64,000 bases of DNA from Macrostomum hystrix (taxonomy: Eukaryota > Animalia > Platyhelminthes): contig CATNEN010000038.1 in assembly GCA_950097015.1 (NCBI GenBank), positions 7,874,001-7,938,000 of the forward strand. The letters are read 5' to 3'. Numbering within the stretch: position 1 is the stretch's first letter; the number at the start of each line of letters is the position of its first letter. Shown here piece by piece: positions 62,509 through 64,000 of the stretch. The translations under genes and the position numbers were made by a program. The notes under the pieces are model-generated. The model had not been told where the DNA came from. It saw only the letters and a list, made by a program, of their open reading frames with translations, and made no database searches.

Positions 62509-62934
62509 ATGCAGTCGCAGTCAATTCACCCGGTGGTGGCGCAGCCTCAGCCCTACCCAATGTACCCGGCAGCCACCGTGGTCATCGGCCAGCCGGTCCG
62601 GCCGCAGCAGCGCCAGTGGAACTCCGGCCTCTGCGCCTGTTGCGACGATGTCGGCGGCTGCTTCCTTACCTACTTCTGCGGACCCTGCGAGCTCTGCTGC
62701 TGCGTCTCCGAGCGCATGGGCGAGCAGTGCTGCACCCCCATCTGCCTCGGCTGTCTCGGCAGCTCCGTGCCGCTCATCGCCTACCGGGTCAAACTGAGGG
62801 CCAGGCACAATATCCAGGGCAGCATCCTTGACGACTGCTGCAGTACCATCTGCTGCGCCTCCTGCGTCCAGTGCCAGCTCAAAAGGGAGCTCAGCTACAT
62901 CGAAAACCAGCTGGGATACAAGCCCGCCTTCTGA
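62509..62934 (+). CDS. PLAC8/cornifelin family cysteine-rich protein, 141 aa
   Basis: WNSGLCACCDDVGGCFLTYFCGPC, LRARHNIQGSILDDCC, CCASCVQCQLKREL. Pro/Gln-rich N-terminus; acceptor at 62500-62501 just upstream of the ATG. Confidence 0.9.
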   Translation: MQSQSIHPVVAQPQPYPMYPAATVVIGQPVRPQQRQWNSGLCACCDDVGGCFLTYFCGPCELCCCVSERMGEQCCTPICLGCLGSSVPLIAYRVKLRARHNIQGSILDDCCSTICCASCVQCQLKRELSYIENQLGYKPAF

Positions 62935-62937
62935 GCT

Positions 62938-64000
62938 GGGATCTAGACTGTCGAATGGTATCAGGATGAACGGTAGAATGGGATCAGGATTAAGGGTAGA
63001 ACGGGATCAGGTTAGAATGGTAGAATGGGATCAGGTTAGAATGATTGAATGGGATCAGGTTAAAAAGGTAAAATGGAATAGGATGAATATTAGAATGGGA
63101 TCAGGATGAATAGTAGAATGGGATCAGGATGAATAGTAGAATGGGATCAGGATGAATAGTAGAATGGGATCAGGATGAATAGTAGAATGGGATCAGGATG
63201 AATAGTAGAATGAGATCAGGATGAATAGTAGAATGGGATCAGGATGAATAGTAGAATGGGATCAGGATGAATAGTAGAATGGGATCAGGATGAATAGTAG
63301 AATAGGATCAGGATAAATAGTAGAATGGGATCAGGATGAATAGTAGAATGGGATCAGGATGAATAGTAGAATGGGATCAGGATGAATAGTAGAATGGGAT
63401 CAGTTTAGAATGGTAGAATGGGATCAGGATGAATATTAGAATGGGATCAGGATGAATAGTAGAATGGGATCAGGATGAATAGTAGAATGGGATCAGGATG
63501 AATAGTAGAATGGGATCAGGATGAATAGTAGAATGGGATCAGGATGAATAGTAGAATGGGATCAGGATGAATAGTAGAATGGGATCAGGATGAATAGTAG
63601 AATGGGATCAGAATAGATAGTAGAATGGGATCAGGATGAATAGTAGAATGGGATCAGGATGAATAGTAGAATGGGATCAGGATGAATAGTAGAATGGGAT
63701 CAGGATGGTAGAATGGGATCAGGATGAATAGTAGAATGGGATCAGGATGGTAGAATGGGATCAGGATGAATAGTAGAATGGGATCAGGATGAATAGTAGA
63801 ATGAGATCAGGATGAATAGTAGAATGGGATCAGGATGAATAGTAGAATGGGATCAGGATGAATAGTAGAATGGGATCAGGATGAATAGTAGAATGGGATC
63901 AGGATGAATAGTAGAATGGGATCAGGATGAATAGTAGAATGGGATCAGGATGAATAGTAGAATGGGATCAGGATGAATATTAGAATGGGATCAGGATGAA
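62938..64000. repeat. 23-bp minisatellite (gggatcaggatgaatagtagaat)n, runs off the window end
   Basis: More than 45 copies starting right after the PLAC8-like stop. Confidence 0.97.

Overview
Eukaryotic (animal) genomic DNA read with the standard code and GT-AG introns. GC-rich exons, (TTAGGG)n-type repeats and minisatellite-packed introns suggest an invertebrate, possibly a macrostomid flatworm (inference only). Nine protein-coding genes were reconstructed by hand-splicing: the 3' part of a KMT2C/D (MLL3/4, Trr) H3K4 methyltransferase (+), SPT5 (+), a LicD/fukutin-family protein (-), a class A peptide-type GPCR (+), an EFCAB6-like EF-hand protein (-), LRRC69 (+), an intronless DEG/ENaC subunit (-), RPGR with a CaaX tail (+) and a PLAC8/cornifelin protein (+). 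About 35 distinct tandem arrays occur, mostly with 20-23 bp units, and nearly every large intron has its own. Mobile DNA includes a Harbinger-type MITE (TTA TSD), a hAT-Charlie MITE (8-bp TSD), a candidate solo LTR and tRNA-derived SINE-like repeats. The most striking patterns are (i) intronic minisatellites whose units look like copies, or antisense copies, of the neighbouring splice donor, often folded into small hairpins; (ii) RFX X-boxes beside a run of probable ciliary genes; and (iii) a 3n, stop-free, repeat-filled SPT5 intron. Most long ORFs in the supplied track are translations of minisatellites, not genes.
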